Of a DNA stretch of 64,000 bases, positions 40,573 to 50,959 are shown piece after piece. Numbering within the stretch: position 1 is the first letter of the stretch; the number at the start of each line of letters is the position of its first letter. The position numbers and the translations under genes are program-made. Origin of the DNA: an uncultured Chloroflexia bacterium (GTDB taxonomy: Bacteria; Chloroflexota; Limnocylindria; Limnocylindrales; CSP1-4); NCBI GenBank assembly GCA_963833225.1, contig CAWHXD010000019.1:64001-128000 (forward strand), written 5' to 3'. The notes beneath the pieces are model-generated. The model did not search any database and had not been told where the DNA came from. It saw nothing but the letters and a program-made list of their open reading frames with translations.

Positions 40573-40932
40573 CCAGGGAGCGTGACCCGGGCGCGCGTCG
40601 GCCGCTGCACCCGATCGGGCGCGCGTGTCCGGGCACGGTCGCGGAGCTGATCAGCCTCCGCCGGCCGGCCGCGTGAGATTCGCACTGCGTCAACCCCTGC
40701 CTTCCGGAGCGCAGCACCGTCCGGGTCCGGTCGATGCGGCGGGCGGCGAGCCTTCCGGCACCGCCACCGCGGATAGTCTGTGGTGTCGCCGCCGTCCGGG
40801 CACCCACCCGTTGGTCATGGTTGACCGTCATGGCGCGGAGCGAACCGCCCGGCAAGCCACCAAAGGTCCCACGCGGGCGAATCGTGGTGCGTGGATGCTC
40901 CGCCTTTGCCGCCCCGGGCGGCATCCGGCACC

Positions 40933-42393
40933 ATGGCGCTCGTGAATGACGACGCCAGCCATCCCGATTCCCTCGACCCCGTGACGCCCGACCCCGTGAC
41001 GCCCGACCCCGTGACGCCCGGCGTCACTCGCGCATCCCAGCCCGCCGCTTCGACCGACGTCTCCGCTGACGCCGGCATCAGGGCGCAGAACCGGATCGCG
41101 ATCCTGGGGACGCTGGCGCTGATCGTGGTGCTCGCGGTCGGCGGCGCGATCCTCCTCGCCGGGGGCGCGGGCCGGGACGGTCCGCCGGTCGGGGCGATCG
41201 GCGCTTCACCGACAACGGCCGGGTCCGTCGATGCTTCCCTGCCCGTCCCGACCCCGCTCACGACCAGCGACCCGCTCGCCGCGCTGCCATCCGAAGGCAA
41301 TCGCCTGGGTCGTCCCGATGCGAAGGTGGTGGTCGAGTACTGGGCCGACTACCAGTGCCCCTACTGTGCCAAGTTCGCCCAGGAGCGGATCCCGGACCTG
41401 ATCCCGCTCATCGAGGACGGCACCGTCGCCCTCGTCCACCGGGACTATGCGTTCATCGGTCCCGAATCGTTCGACGCCGCGATCGCCGTGCGATGCGCCG
41501 GCCGCGAGGGCCGCTACTGGGCCATGCACGACGCGGTCTACGCGGCCCAGGCCGGGGAGAACCAGGGCGCCTTCTCTCGCGATCGGCTGACCGCGATCGC
41601 CGCCACCGTCGGCCTCGATGCCACCACGCTCGCGGCCTGCTTCGATGATCGCTCGCTGTATGTGGACGTCCTCGCCGACTCCGCGGAGGCCACCCGCATC
41701 GCCATCAAGTCCACACCGACGATCGACATCAACGGGACCCGGTTCCTGGGCGTCCCGGAGCCCGGCGAGATGGAGACCGCGATCTCGGCCGCCGTCGCGG
41801 GTGCCAGCCCGGAGCCGCTGCCCACCGCGGTGCCGATCCCTGATCCGTGGGCCGACGCCGGTGCGACGGGGCGCGTGGCCGGCTCGGCGTCGTCTCCCGT
41901 GACCGTGGACCTGTGGCTGGACTACCTGTCAGTCGACGGTGCGGCCTTCGCCGGCCAGTTGGGCGACGAGCTACGGGCCAGGGTGGTCGACGGCAAGATT
42001 CGCGTCGTCATGCATGACCTGGCGCTGATGGGCGACGAATCGGTCGTGGCAGCCACGTCCGTGCGATGCGTCGACGCCCAGGGCGGGTCTGGCTGGCTCG
42101 TGAGCACCGTCCTGGCTTCGGTCTCCGCCCAGGGACCCGTCTCCGGCGTCTTCATCCCCGACAACCTGCTGCGCCTTGGTGCCCAGCTCGGCCTTGATGT
42201 CCGCGCCCTCGACACGTGCCTCGGAGACAGCGCCGTGGCCCAGGCGGTGCGCGACGAGACCGCGGCAGGCGAGGCGCTCGGGCTGGACCAGGCCCCGGCG
42301 ATCATCGTGTCCAAGGGTGGCAAGCAGGTCGCCCGCTTCTTGGGGACGCTCGATGTCGCGGCCGTGATGGCCGCCATCGACAAGGCCGGCTAG
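40933..42393 (+). CDS. Membrane-anchored protein with two DsbA/thioredoxin domains
   Basis: TM, DYQCPYC and cis-Pro STPT in domain 1; domain 2 lacks CxxC; N-terminal PVTPD x3. Confidence 0.88.
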   Translation: MALVNDDASHPDSLDPVTPDPVTPDPVTPGVTRASQPAASTDVSADAGIRAQNRIAILGTLALIVVLAVGGAILLAGGAGRDGPPVGAIGASPTTAGSVDASLPVPTPLTTSDPLAALPSEGNRLGRPDAKVVVEYWADYQCPYCAKFAQERIPDLIPLIEDGTVALVHRDYAFIGPESFDAAIAVRCAGREGRYWAMHDAVYAAQAGENQGAFSRDRLTAIAATVGLDATTLAACFDDRSLYVDVLADSAEATRIAIKSTPTIDINGTRFLGVPEPGEMETAISAAVAGASPEPLPTAVPIPDPWADAGATGRVAGSASSPVTVDLWLDYLSVDGAAFAGQLGDELRARVVDGKIRVVMHDLALMGDESVVAATSVRCVDAQGGSGWLVSTVLASVSAQGPVSGVFIPDNLLRLGAQLGLDVRALDTCLGDSAVAQAVRDETAAGEALGLDQAPAIIVSKGGKQVARFLGTLDVAAVMAAIDKAG

Positions 42394-42869
42394 GCGCCGG
42401 GATCCGGGTCCTGGTCCGCGAGGGCCGCCAGCCTGGCCACGGCCATCTCGATCTGACGCATGCACCCGTCGCGCCAGATCCCGCTCTCGATGAACGCCTG
42501 GTGACCTTCGTCCGTGCGCAGGTCCACGCCGGTCAGGGCGCGGCAGGTCGTGGCGCCGAACTCTGCCTCGAACGCCGCCATGAGCTCCGCCGTCGCGGCC
42601 CGGACCGCTCGCTTGGCCTCGTTATGGTCGGCGATGCGACGGGCAGTGAGCCGACCGACGGCCATCGCGGCGCCCGTGATCGCGCCGCAGGTTGCCCCCG
42701 AGTACGCGATCCCGCCGTTGAGCGCCATGGCCGGCGCCGTGTCGGCCGCGTCCGGCAGCCCATATGCCTCGGCGAGGACCATCAGCGTCGTCTCCGCGCA
42801 GCCGTAGGTGTTGGCGTCGTCGAGGAACAGCGCGCGAGCCCGGGCGCGCGCGGCATCGGCGCGGTTCAT
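42390..42869 (-). CDS. C-GCAxxG-C-C family putative redox protein
   Basis: GCAE, TCGAITGA, TTCRAL, GC; ATGA overlap. Confidence 0.85.
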   Translation of the reverse strand: MNRADAARARARALFLDDANTYGCAETTLMVLAEAYGLPDAADTAPAMALNGGIAYSGATCGAITGAAMAVGRLTARRIADHNEAKRAVRAATAELMAAFEAEFGATTCRALTGVDLRTDEGHQAFIESGIWRDGCMRQIEMAVARLAALADQDPDPGA

Positions 42870-43663
42870 CGCTTGTACAGGAACGTGTCCTGCGCGTCCG
42901 GCTCGCCGATGGCCAGGCGTTGCGCGCGGTACAGGGACATGCCGAGGGCGTAGGCGTCGTCTGGGTCCAGCTCCTCCGATCGGCGCAGGGCCTCCATCTC
43001 GGTGCGCACGGCAAGCGGCGGATGACGGGCGATCAGCCCGGCAAGTCGACGGGCCTCGGGCAGCAGCTCGTCCGGCTCGACGATGCGGTTGACGAGGTGG
43101 ATCCGAAGCGCCTCGGCGGCGTCGATCGGCTCGCCGGTCAACGCCAGCTCCCAGGCGGCGGTCGGCGGGAGGAAGCGGCTGAGCCGCATCGTGCCTGCGA
43201 TGCCGCCCATCCCGTAGGCGATCTCGGGCAGCCCAAACCGCGCATCCGGTGTGGCGACGCGGATGTCCGTGAGGCGCAGGAGATAGAACAGGCCCCGGCC
43301 CAGGCACCAGCCCCTGACGGCTCCGATCAGCGGCTTCGTCCGCTCCAGCCGGAGGATGGCATCGGCGGCATCCCAGCCGGCCGGGTCCGGAGCATCGGGG
43401 GTCACGGGGCCAGGGCCCATCGCGCCCAGCAGGTCGCTCGCGGCGTCGCCCGAGGACGGCGACTCGGACTTGATGTCGTCGCCGGCCGAAAACGCACGCT
43501 CGCCGGCACCGGTGAGGATCCCGACCCGGAGCTCGGGATCGGCGAGGAAGTCGAGCATGGCCGCATGCAGCTCGCGGTGCATCGCGGGCGTGATGGGGTT
43601 GACCTTGCCGTTGGCCAGGGTGAACGTCGCGATCGCGCCGTCCCTGGTGTACTCGATGCCCAT
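42866..43663 (-). CDS. Enoyl-CoA hydratase/isomerase
   Basis: AFSAGDDI, KPLIGAVRGWCLG, FGLPEI, LTGEPIDAAEA. Confidence 0.9.
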   Translation of the reverse strand: MGIEYTRDGAIATFTLANGKVNPITPAMHRELHAAMLDFLADPELRVGILTGAGERAFSAGDDIKSESPSSGDAASDLLGAMGPGPVTPDAPDPAGWDAADAILRLERTKPLIGAVRGWCLGRGLFYLLRLTDIRVATPDARFGLPEIAYGMGGIAGTMRLSRFLPPTAAWELALTGEPIDAAEALRIHLVNRIVEPDELLPEARRLAGLIARHPPLAVRTEMEALRRSEELDPDDAYALGMSLYRAQRLAIGEPDAQDTFLYKR

Positions 43664-43735
43664 GCCGCCTCCGTCGTTCGCTGCCAGTCTAGGTGGCGGC
43701 TGGCCAACACGGCGACTCGCTCCGACGGCGGCGGC

Positions 43736-45361
43736 TCAGACGGCGGCTCGCTCCGCGCGCATCCTCGCCGCGACGTTGATCCGCTGCACCTTCCGGGTGT
43801 GGGTCCTCGGGAAGTCCGGTTCCGGGAACACGGCGTGAGCGACCACGCGCTGGTGTGGCGCCAGGCGCGAGTTCGCCGTCTTGACGGCCTGAACCACGGC
43901 GCCCGCCTCGTCGGCGACCGGATCCGCGAAGGCGCCGCCCTCGCGGTACGCCGCGCAGATCCTGCCGTCGCCCCCGTCGTACACGACGGGCTCAACTAGG
44001 CCTGCCGCGACCAGCGCCGCCTCCACGTCCTCCGGGTGGACGTTCATGCCGTTGGTCAACGGGATCAGCGATCGCGTCCGGCCGATCAGCCGGAGCGACC
44101 CGGTCGCGTCGATCTCCCCGTAGTCGCCCGTCCGGTACCAGCCGTCGGTCGTGAACGCCGCTGCCGTCGACTCGGGGTCCTCCCAGTAGCCGGTGAACAC
44201 CGACGGGCCACGCACCACCACCTCGCCGTCGGGCTCCACGCGAAGCTCCAGCGGTGGCATCCACCAGCCCACGCGATCGGGTGGGGTCCGGCCGCGCTGG
44301 TTGGTCGCCACGAGCCCCGCCTCGGTTGACCCGTATCCCTGGACCACCTCGACGCCCAATGCCTCCCAGCTGCGCTGGAGCGCGGGCGACAGGTACGCCG
44401 CCGAGCAGAGCACCATCCGCAGCTCGCCGCCCATCGCCTCGTGGATCGTGCGGAACAGGCGTCGCCGGAGGCCGACCGGCAGGTAGGGCGCAATGCGCAG
44501 TGCGCGGCGGAACGTCGTGCCCTTGCCGGAGCGGTCCGCCTCGCGACGGATGGCCAGGAACAGCAGCTCCAGGACCTGCGGCACCACCACCAGTGCCGTG
44601 GCCCGGTGACCGCGGATCGATGCCGCGATGAGGTCGGGCCGCAGGGTGGTGATGTACTCGGTCTCGGCGCGCGCGGCGACCGCGTAGATCAGCCCCGCCA
44701 CCTGTTCCATGATGTGTGACAAGGGCAGGATCGACACGAAGCGGTTGCCGCCGCGCGGGATCGTCCGCAGGCAGCGGACCGTCGATGCCAGGAGCATCGA
44801 CTGGGTCACGGTCACGCCCTTGGGGTTCCCGGTGGACCCCGAGGTGCACAGGATCTCGATGGGCTCGTCGGGATCGGCGGCCTCGCGTGCGTTCAAGGCG
44901 GCTACCGCGCCCTGCGGCGGGGTGTTCGTCAGGTCGTCCAGGTCGATCACCGGCAGCGAGGCCAGGCGCGGGATGGTCACGGGCTCCACGGTGCTTCCGC
45001 TGCCCAGCAGGATCGCGGCCGGCTTGGTCAGGCTGGCGATGCGGTCGATGGTGTCCGCGGTCATCCGGACGTCGAGCGGCACCAGGACCACGTTCGCACG
45101 ACCGGCGGCGAACAGCGCGGCCGCGAACCCGGGCCCCGGGGCTCCCTGCACCAGGATGCGAGCTCGCGGCGCCACCGCCGCCGCGAGCCGTGCTGCCGCG
45201 TTGCCGGTTGCCGTCCCGAACTCCGCCATGGTCATCGAGATTCCGCGGGTGCTCGAGGTGCGGACGCCTAGGAACGGCGCATCGCCTGCGGCGGCAACCG
45301 CCTCGTCCAGCAGGGCAGGGAGCGTCGCGGGAAGCGGAATCTCGGGGAAGGAATCGGGCAC
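43736..45361 (-). CDS. AMP-binding long-chain acyl-CoA synthetase
   Basis: TSGSTGNPKG, QGYGSTE, WYRTGD, GMNVHPEDVE, TRKVQR. Confidence 0.9.
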   Translation of the reverse strand: MPDSFPEIPLPATLPALLDEAVAAAGDAPFLGVRTSSTRGISMTMAEFGTATGNAAARLAAAVAPRARILVQGAPGPGFAAALFAAGRANVVLVPLDVRMTADTIDRIASLTKPAAILLGSGSTVEPVTIPRLASLPVIDLDDLTNTPPQGAVAALNAREAADPDEPIEILCTSGSTGNPKGVTVTQSMLLASTVRCLRTIPRGGNRFVSILPLSHIMEQVAGLIYAVAARAETEYITTLRPDLIAASIRGHRATALVVVPQVLELLFLAIRREADRSGKGTTFRRALRIAPYLPVGLRRRLFRTIHEAMGGELRMVLCSAAYLSPALQRSWEALGVEVVQGYGSTEAGLVATNQRGRTPPDRVGWWMPPLELRVEPDGEVVVRGPSVFTGYWEDPESTAAAFTTDGWYRTGDYGEIDATGSLRLIGRTRSLIPLTNGMNVHPEDVEAALVAAGLVEPVVYDGGDGRICAAYREGGAFADPVADEAGAVVQAVKTANSRLAPHQRVVAHAVFPEPDFPRTHTRKVQRINVAARMRAERAAV

Positions 45362-45611
45362 GAAGCGGGCCTCGGGTGCGGACGCGGACCTCGAGGCCCG
45401 GGAGGGCCGGAGGCGGTGAGGATACCCCGTCGGTGCGAGAACGCCCTTGGCGGGTCGGGATCCACGGCGGTCCGAGTTGCCCGGCTGACGTCCCGGTCGC
45501 GCGTCGCCGTGGGTGCCGGACGGCCTGTTTCGCCCACGCCGGAATCACCCTAGGCAAGCCCGGCCCGGCCCGGCCACGATCCGTCCACGACTAGCGCGAG
45601 GGAGGGATCCC

Positions 45612-46934
45612 ATGGCCCACGCGACCACCCGCGGCGCCTACGGGGCGCTGGCGGATCGACTCAACCGTCTTCCCCAGGGCGCGCCGCCCACGGATCTCCT
45701 GTTCCGGATCCTCGCCCTGCTGTTCAGCGAGAAGGAGGCCGGCCTGGTCGCCCGCCTGCCCGTCCGCCCGGTGACCGCCGGGAGGGCAGCCCGCATCTGG
45801 GGCATGCGCGAGGCGGAGGCACGGTCCGTCCTCGATGGCCTCGCCTCACGCGCGATCCTGCTCGACATGGAGGGCCCCAACGGGACGCTCTACATCCTGC
45901 CGCCACCGATGGCCGGCTTCTTCGAGTTCTCGATGATGCGGGTGCGCGACGACATCGACCAGCATCTGCTCGCCGAGCTTTTCTACCAGTACATCACCGT
46001 CGAGGACGACTTCATCGTCTCGCTGTTCACCAACGGCGAGACGCAGCTGGGGCGCACGTTCGTCAATGAGCCGGCCCTCGACGAGGCGCGGCCCCGAGCC
46101 GAGCCGCGGCCCCGAGCCGGTGTCAGCGACACGAGCCTCCAGGTGCTGGACTACGAGCGTGCCAGCGAGGTCATCGGGACGGCGCAGCACATGGGCGTCG
46201 GGGTCTGCTACTGCCGCCACAAGGCCGAGCACGTGGGCAAGGCGTGCGCCGCTCCGCAGAACATCTGCATGACCTTTGGCGGGACCGCGGATGCGCTCAT
46301 CCGCCATGGGTTTGCGCGGAGGGTGGACGCCGCCGAAGGGATGGACCTCCTCGCGCAGGCCTGGGACAGCCGCCTGGTCCAGTTCGGCGAGAACGTCCAG
46401 CGCGACGTCGCGTTCATCTGCAACTGCTGCGGCTGCTGCTGCGAGGCGATGATCGCGCAGCGCCGGTTCGGGGCCATGGACCCGGTCCATACCACCAACT
46501 ACCTGCCGCACGTGGATGCGGCGACCTGCAACGGCTGCGCGAAGTGCGTCGACGTGTGCCCCGTCGAGGCCATGACCCTGGTCTCCGCCAACGACCCGGC
46601 CAAGCCCCGCAAGCGTCGAGCCGAGCTTGCCGCGGACATCTGCCTGGGCTGCGGCGTGTGCACCCGGGTGTGCGCGCCCAAGGCGCTGTGGCTGGAGCCG
46701 CGGCCGGAACGAGTGGTGACCCCCGTGGACACGCTCCACCGGACGGTGATGATGGCCATCGAGCGGGGGAAGCTCCAGGACTGCATCTTCGACAACCGGG
46801 CGCTGCTCAGTCACCGGGCGATGGCCGGGATCCTGGGCGTCATCCTCCGCCTGCCGCCGACCAAGCAGGTGCTCGCGAACCGCCAGCTCAAGTCGCGCTA
46901 CCTGGCGAAGCTGCTCGAGCACGTCTCGGTCTGA
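45612..46934 (+). CDS. 4Fe-4S dicluster protein with N-terminal wHTH-like region and CNCCGCCC motif
   Basis: CYCRH, ICNCCGCCC, CNGCAKCVDVCP, CLGCGVCTRVC; GGAGG RBS. Confidence 0.88.
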   Translation: MAHATTRGAYGALADRLNRLPQGAPPTDLLFRILALLFSEKEAGLVARLPVRPVTAGRAARIWGMREAEARSVLDGLASRAILLDMEGPNGTLYILPPPMAGFFEFSMMRVRDDIDQHLLAELFYQYITVEDDFIVSLFTNGETQLGRTFVNEPALDEARPRAEPRPRAGVSDTSLQVLDYERASEVIGTAQHMGVGVCYCRHKAEHVGKACAAPQNICMTFGGTADALIRHGFARRVDAAEGMDLLAQAWDSRLVQFGENVQRDVAFICNCCGCCCEAMIAQRRFGAMDPVHTTNYLPHVDAATCNGCAKCVDVCPVEAMTLVSANDPAKPRKRRAELAADICLGCGVCTRVCAPKALWLEPRPERVVTPVDTLHRTVMMAIERGKLQDCIFDNRALLSHRAMAGILGVILRLPPTKQVLANRQLKSRYLAKLLEHVSV

Positions 46935-46955
46935 GGGGCCCAGGCGCGGGGCACA

Positions 46956-47100
46956 GGGCTCCGGGCGGGCTCCGGGCGGGCTCCCTCGGCCTCCGGGCGG
47001 GCTCCGGGCGCCCCGCCCACGCTCGGCCTCCGGCTGGGCTCCGGCCGGGCTCCGGGCTCCCTCGGCCTCCGGGCGGGCTTCCGGCCGGGCTCCGGGCGCC
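46956..47100. repeat. Imperfect 11-bp tandem repeat (GGCTCCGGGCG), intergenic
   Basis: About ten variants of GGCTCCGG(G/C)C(G) in 145 bp. Confidence 0.75.
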
Positions 47101-47311
47101 CGAACGGTTGCATCGGGTGACAACCAGGGCCGCGGCAGACCCGTTCGCTACGCGGGAGCGATCACACGCGCAACACGTCCCGCGGCTGACGCCCGAACCA
47201 GCCTGTGACGGGACCGTTGGGGCTCCGGGCGCCTGAAGGATCGCGCCCGCCCTGCGCAGGGGCTGCGGCCGCCCGGCCCACGCGGGAGCGAAACCCGGCT
47301 TCGGGCAGCCC

Positions 47312-47950
47312 TCAGTCGAGCGCCAGGACGTGGACCGGGACCGGAGGCAGGTCGTCGTACGTTTCGGAGGCCGCCAGCATGCCGTCCTCAGGCACCTCGA
47401 GCGCCTCGAGCGCCGCGTCCGAGATCAGCGCATAGGGCTGATCCCCGACAAGGTCCCGGGCGTGGTTCTTGAGCAGCCGGTGAGCCACGATCACGTCGGG
47501 CCCTGCGAGCTCCTCGTTCCCGAAGATCCGCTGGACCACGTACTCGCCGTGGTGCAGCACGAACTTCACCCCCAGGTCGTGGATCCTCGAGCATGAGGTG
47601 CATTCGCAGGTCCAGATCGAGTTGGCATTCGCGAGCAGGTCGGTGAACGACGCGTGACAGGCACGCAGGCAGTCGATGACCTGCGTTCCGCGGGTCGGGT
47701 GGGCAGCATCCGAAACGGCAAACAGCGCGTCGCCCTCCAGCTTCACCAGCCGGAACCTCGGGGCGACCTTCGCCACCATCCCGTCGAGCAGCGATGACAG
47801 CAGCTCGTAGGCGGCCGGCGGCTGGTCGGCCTCGATGATGAGCGCGCGATGGGCGTCGGCCACGCCGTGGAGAAACGCGGCGTAGCCAGAGATGTCGGCG
47901 AGGAGGAACGTGCCCTCCACGTGGCCGCCGCGGCCGGCAGGGACGTGCAT
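47312..47950 (-). CDS. DUF2652 family (class III cyclase-like) protein
   Basis: LADISGY, KLEGDA, CECTSC, KFVLHHGE, LAGPDVIVAHRLLKN. Confidence 0.85.
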   Translation of the reverse strand: MHVPAGRGGHVEGTFLLADISGYAAFLHGVADAHRALIIEADQPPAAYELLSSLLDGMVAKVAPRFRLVKLEGDALFAVSDAAHPTRGTQVIDCLRACHASFTDLLANANSIWTCECTSCSRIHDLGVKFVLHHGEYVVQRIFGNEELAGPDVIVAHRLLKNHARDLVGDQPYALISDAALEALEVPEDGMLAASETYDDLPPVPVHVLALD

Positions 47951-48139
47951 CGGCGCAGCCTAGCCGGTTCTCGCGGCGCGCGACGATCGGTCGTGCCCAA
48001 GCCGTGGAGTCGACGCCCGGCCGTGGCCGACGCACGAAGATGGTCGAGATCGTGCGACCATCGTCGAGGTCATTCTCCGCGCCCTCGCGCGGCCCGCCCA
48101 CGAATTTCGTCCGGCGCCGCGCACACGAGGACCACGCCA

Positions 48140-49378
48140 ATGACGATCGACGCGTCAGCTGCCGCCGACCGCAACCAGACCGCATCGCTCGCGAGCCGGG
48201 CGATCGCCGAGGTCGAGGCCCACACCGCCCACAACTACTACCCGCTGCCGGTCGTGCTCGCCCGGGGCGAGGGCGCATGGGTCGAGGATGTCGATGGCAA
48301 CCGCTATCTCGACCTGCTGGCGGGCTACTCCGCGCTCAACTTCGGGCACCGCAACCCGCGCCTGGTCGAGGCCGTGGAGCACCAGCTGGGCCGCCTCACC
48401 CTGACCAGCCGCGCGTTCCACAACGACCTCCTGGGCGTGTTCGCGCGCGAGCTCGCGGACCTATGCCGCATGGACTCCGTCCTGCCGATGAACACCGGCG
48501 CCGAGGCGGTGGAGACCGCGATCAAGCTCGCTCGAAAGTGGGGGTACGAGCGCAAGGGCGTCGCCGAGGGCCGCGCCCGGATCATCGTCATGGGCGGCAA
48601 CTTCCACGGCCGAACCACGACCATCGTCGGGTTCAGCGACGACCCCGTCGCGCGCGCCGGGTTCGGGCCGTTCACCCCTGGGTTCGTCCGCGCCGAGTAT
48701 GGCAATGCGGCGGCGCTGGCCGCGGCGATCGACGATGACACCGTCGGCGTGCTCCTGGAGCCCATCCAGGGCGAGAATGGCGTGATCATCCCGCCGGACG
48801 GATACCTGCGCGAGGTCCGCCGCCTGTGCACCGAGCGCAACGTCCTGATGCTCGCCGACGAGATCCAGTCGGGCCTGGGCCGGACGGGCCGGACGTTCGC
48901 CTGCGATCACGAGGATGTGGTCCCGGACGTGTACATCCTGGGCAAGGCGCTCGGTGGCGGGATCCTGCCGGTTTCCGCGGTCGTCGCCCGCGCCGAGGTC
49001 ATGGACGTCATCCACCCGGGCGAGCACGGCTCCACCTTCGGCGGCAACCCGCTGGCCTGCGCGGTGGGCATCGAGGTCGTGCGAATGCTCGCGACCGGCG
49101 AGCCCCAGGCGCGCGCCGCGGATCTGGGCGCGGTTCTCGCCGGGGAGCTCGCGACCCTGCCGGCGGACAAGGTGAGCGCCGTGCGGGCGCGCGGGCTGTG
49201 GGCCGGCATCGACCTCATCGGGCGCACGGGTCGCGACCTGTGCGAGGGGCTCCTGCGCCGGGGCGTGCTCGCCAAGGACACGCACGGCTCCACGATCCGC
49301 CTCGCGCCCCCGATCGTCATCGAGCGCGATGATCTCGTCGCCGCCATCGGCATCCTCCGGGAGGAGCTCACCGGGTGA
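48140..49378 (+). CDS. rocD: Ornithine--oxo-acid transaminase
   Basis: AHNYYPLPVVL, TLTSRAFHND, EPIQGE, DEIQSGLGRTG, LGKALGGG, HGSTFGGNPL. Confidence 0.95.
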   Translation: MTIDASAAADRNQTASLASRAIAEVEAHTAHNYYPLPVVLARGEGAWVEDVDGNRYLDLLAGYSALNFGHRNPRLVEAVEHQLGRLTLTSRAFHNDLLGVFARELADLCRMDSVLPMNTGAEAVETAIKLARKWGYERKGVAEGRARIIVMGGNFHGRTTTIVGFSDDPVARAGFGPFTPGFVRAEYGNAAALAAAIDDDTVGVLLEPIQGENGVIIPPDGYLREVRRLCTERNVLMLADEIQSGLGRTGRTFACDHEDVVPDVYILGKALGGGILPVSAVVARAEVMDVIHPGEHGSTFGGNPLACAVGIEVVRMLATGEPQARAADLGAVLAGELATLPADKVSAVRARGLWAGIDLIGRTGRDLCEGLLRRGVLAKDTHGSTIRLAPPIVIERDDLVAAIGILREELTG

Positions 49379-49463
49379 CGTCGGTACGGGGTCCGAATGA
49401 GGGATTTCTCATCCCCGTCCGAAACTCCATGATCCTTGAGCACCTCAGAGTGGCGTCATCCCA

Positions 49464-50735
49464 GTGATGACCCATGACAGCTACGGAGCCCCGTTGATCG
49501 CCACCGCCATCGAGAACCGCCTCCTCGCCGGCCCGCCGCTGGCAGGTCGCCCCGAGTCCTTCGACGACCACCGCGCGCGGCTCGGTCCGTTGCCCGCCGC
49601 GTACGCCAACGGCGACGTCATCACCACGCTCGAAGCCAGCGGCCTCCTGGGCCGGGGCGGTGCCGGGTTCCCGGTCGGCCGCAAATGGCGCGCGATGGCG
49701 TCACGGCCGCACGGCGGCGCGGTCCTGCTCGCCAACGGTGCCGAAGGCGAGCCGCCCAGCCACAAGGACCGGACGCTGATGGAGCACCGGCCACACCTCG
49801 TTCTCGATGGCGCCGCCCTGGCGGCGGAGGCCGTCGGCGCGGACGAGATCGTCATGTACATCGGCGAGGAGCACGAGGCGTCGATCGAGGCGATGGCCCA
49901 GGCGATGCGCGAGCGGCGGGCGACCATCCCGCGGCCGATGCGCCTGGTGAAGGCGCCCATCGGGTACGTCGCGGGCGAGGCCTCCGCCGCGGTCCACTAC
50001 GTCAATGCCGCGGACGCGAGACCCACCACCACGCCGCCCCGGATGTCGGAGAAGGGGATCGACGGCCACCCCACCATCGTCCAGAACGTCGAGAGCCTGG
50101 CCATGGCCGCCCTCATCGCGAGGTTCGGCGAGGACTGGTACCGGTCCGCCGGTCGGCTTGCGACCAAGGGCACGGCGCTGATCACCGTCACCGGCCCGCG
50201 GCTGGAGCAGGGCGTGCGCGAGATCGAGCTGGGGACGCCCCTGGGCGAGGTGATCGAGTCGGCCGGCGGTCGGCGCGACGACCTGTCGGCCGTGATCCTC
50301 GGCGGCTACTTCGGGACGTGGACCGATCTCGACGAGGCCTGGGACCTGCCGCTGGACCCGGTCGCGATGCGCGAGGTGGGGTTGACGTTCGGCGCCGGGA
50401 TCATCGGCGCCCTGGGGCGCAACACCTGCGGAGTGGCGGCCACCGCCGAGATCATCGGCTTCCTGGCTCGCGAGAGCGCCGGCCAGTGCGGACCATGCGT
50501 CTACGGTCTCGCGGCCGTGGCGGATGGTGCTCGCCGGCTTGCGCACGGGGCGGGCACCGAGGCGGACCTGGCGAACCTCGAGCGGTGGACCGCGCAGATC
50601 CCCGGTCGTGGCGCGTGCCACCACCCGGATGGCGCGATGCAGATGATGACAAGCTCGATGGCGGTGTTTGGCACCGAGCTGGCCTACCACGCGCGAACCG
50701 GGCGCTGCTCGGTTCACGCCGGGGCGTTCGGCTGA
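49464..50735 (+). CDS. NuoF-like flavoprotein/Fe-S subunit (stand-alone)
   Basis: GLLGRGGAGFP, NGAEGEP..KD, YVAGEAS, ESAGQCGPC, GACHHPDG. Confidence 0.88.
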   Translation: MMTHDSYGAPLIATAIENRLLAGPPLAGRPESFDDHRARLGPLPAAYANGDVITTLEASGLLGRGGAGFPVGRKWRAMASRPHGGAVLLANGAEGEPPSHKDRTLMEHRPHLVLDGAALAAEAVGADEIVMYIGEEHEASIEAMAQAMRERRATIPRPMRLVKAPIGYVAGEASAAVHYVNAADARPTTTPPRMSEKGIDGHPTIVQNVESLAMAALIARFGEDWYRSAGRLATKGTALITVTGPRLEQGVREIELGTPLGEVIESAGGRRDDLSAVILGGYFGTWTDLDEAWDLPLDPVAMREVGLTFGAGIIGALGRNTCGVAATAEIIGFLARESAGQCGPCVYGLAAVADGARRLAHGAGTEADLANLERWTAQIPGRGACHHPDGAMQMMTSSMAVFGTELAYHARTGRCSVHAGAFG

Positions 50736-50959
50736 TGGCCAGGACCGAGCGCCGCCTGCGCGTGGACTGGATCAAGTGCGACGGCTACGGCACCTGCGCC
50801 GACATGCTGCCGGAGCTGATCGATGTCGACGAGTGGCGCTACCCGATCCTCGTCGGCAGCCCGGTGCCCGGAGCGCTGATGCACGACGCCCAGCGCGCGG
50901 TCGATTGCTGCCCGATGAAGGCGCTGATCCTGGAGAAGGTCCCGCCGGCGCGGGTGTAG
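50735..50959 (+). CDS. Ferredoxin
   Basis: CDGYGTC..CCP; TGATG overlap. Confidence 0.85.
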   Translation: MARTERRLRVDWIKCDGYGTCADMLPELIDVDEWRYPILVGSPVPGALMHDAQRAVDCCPMKALILEKVPPARV

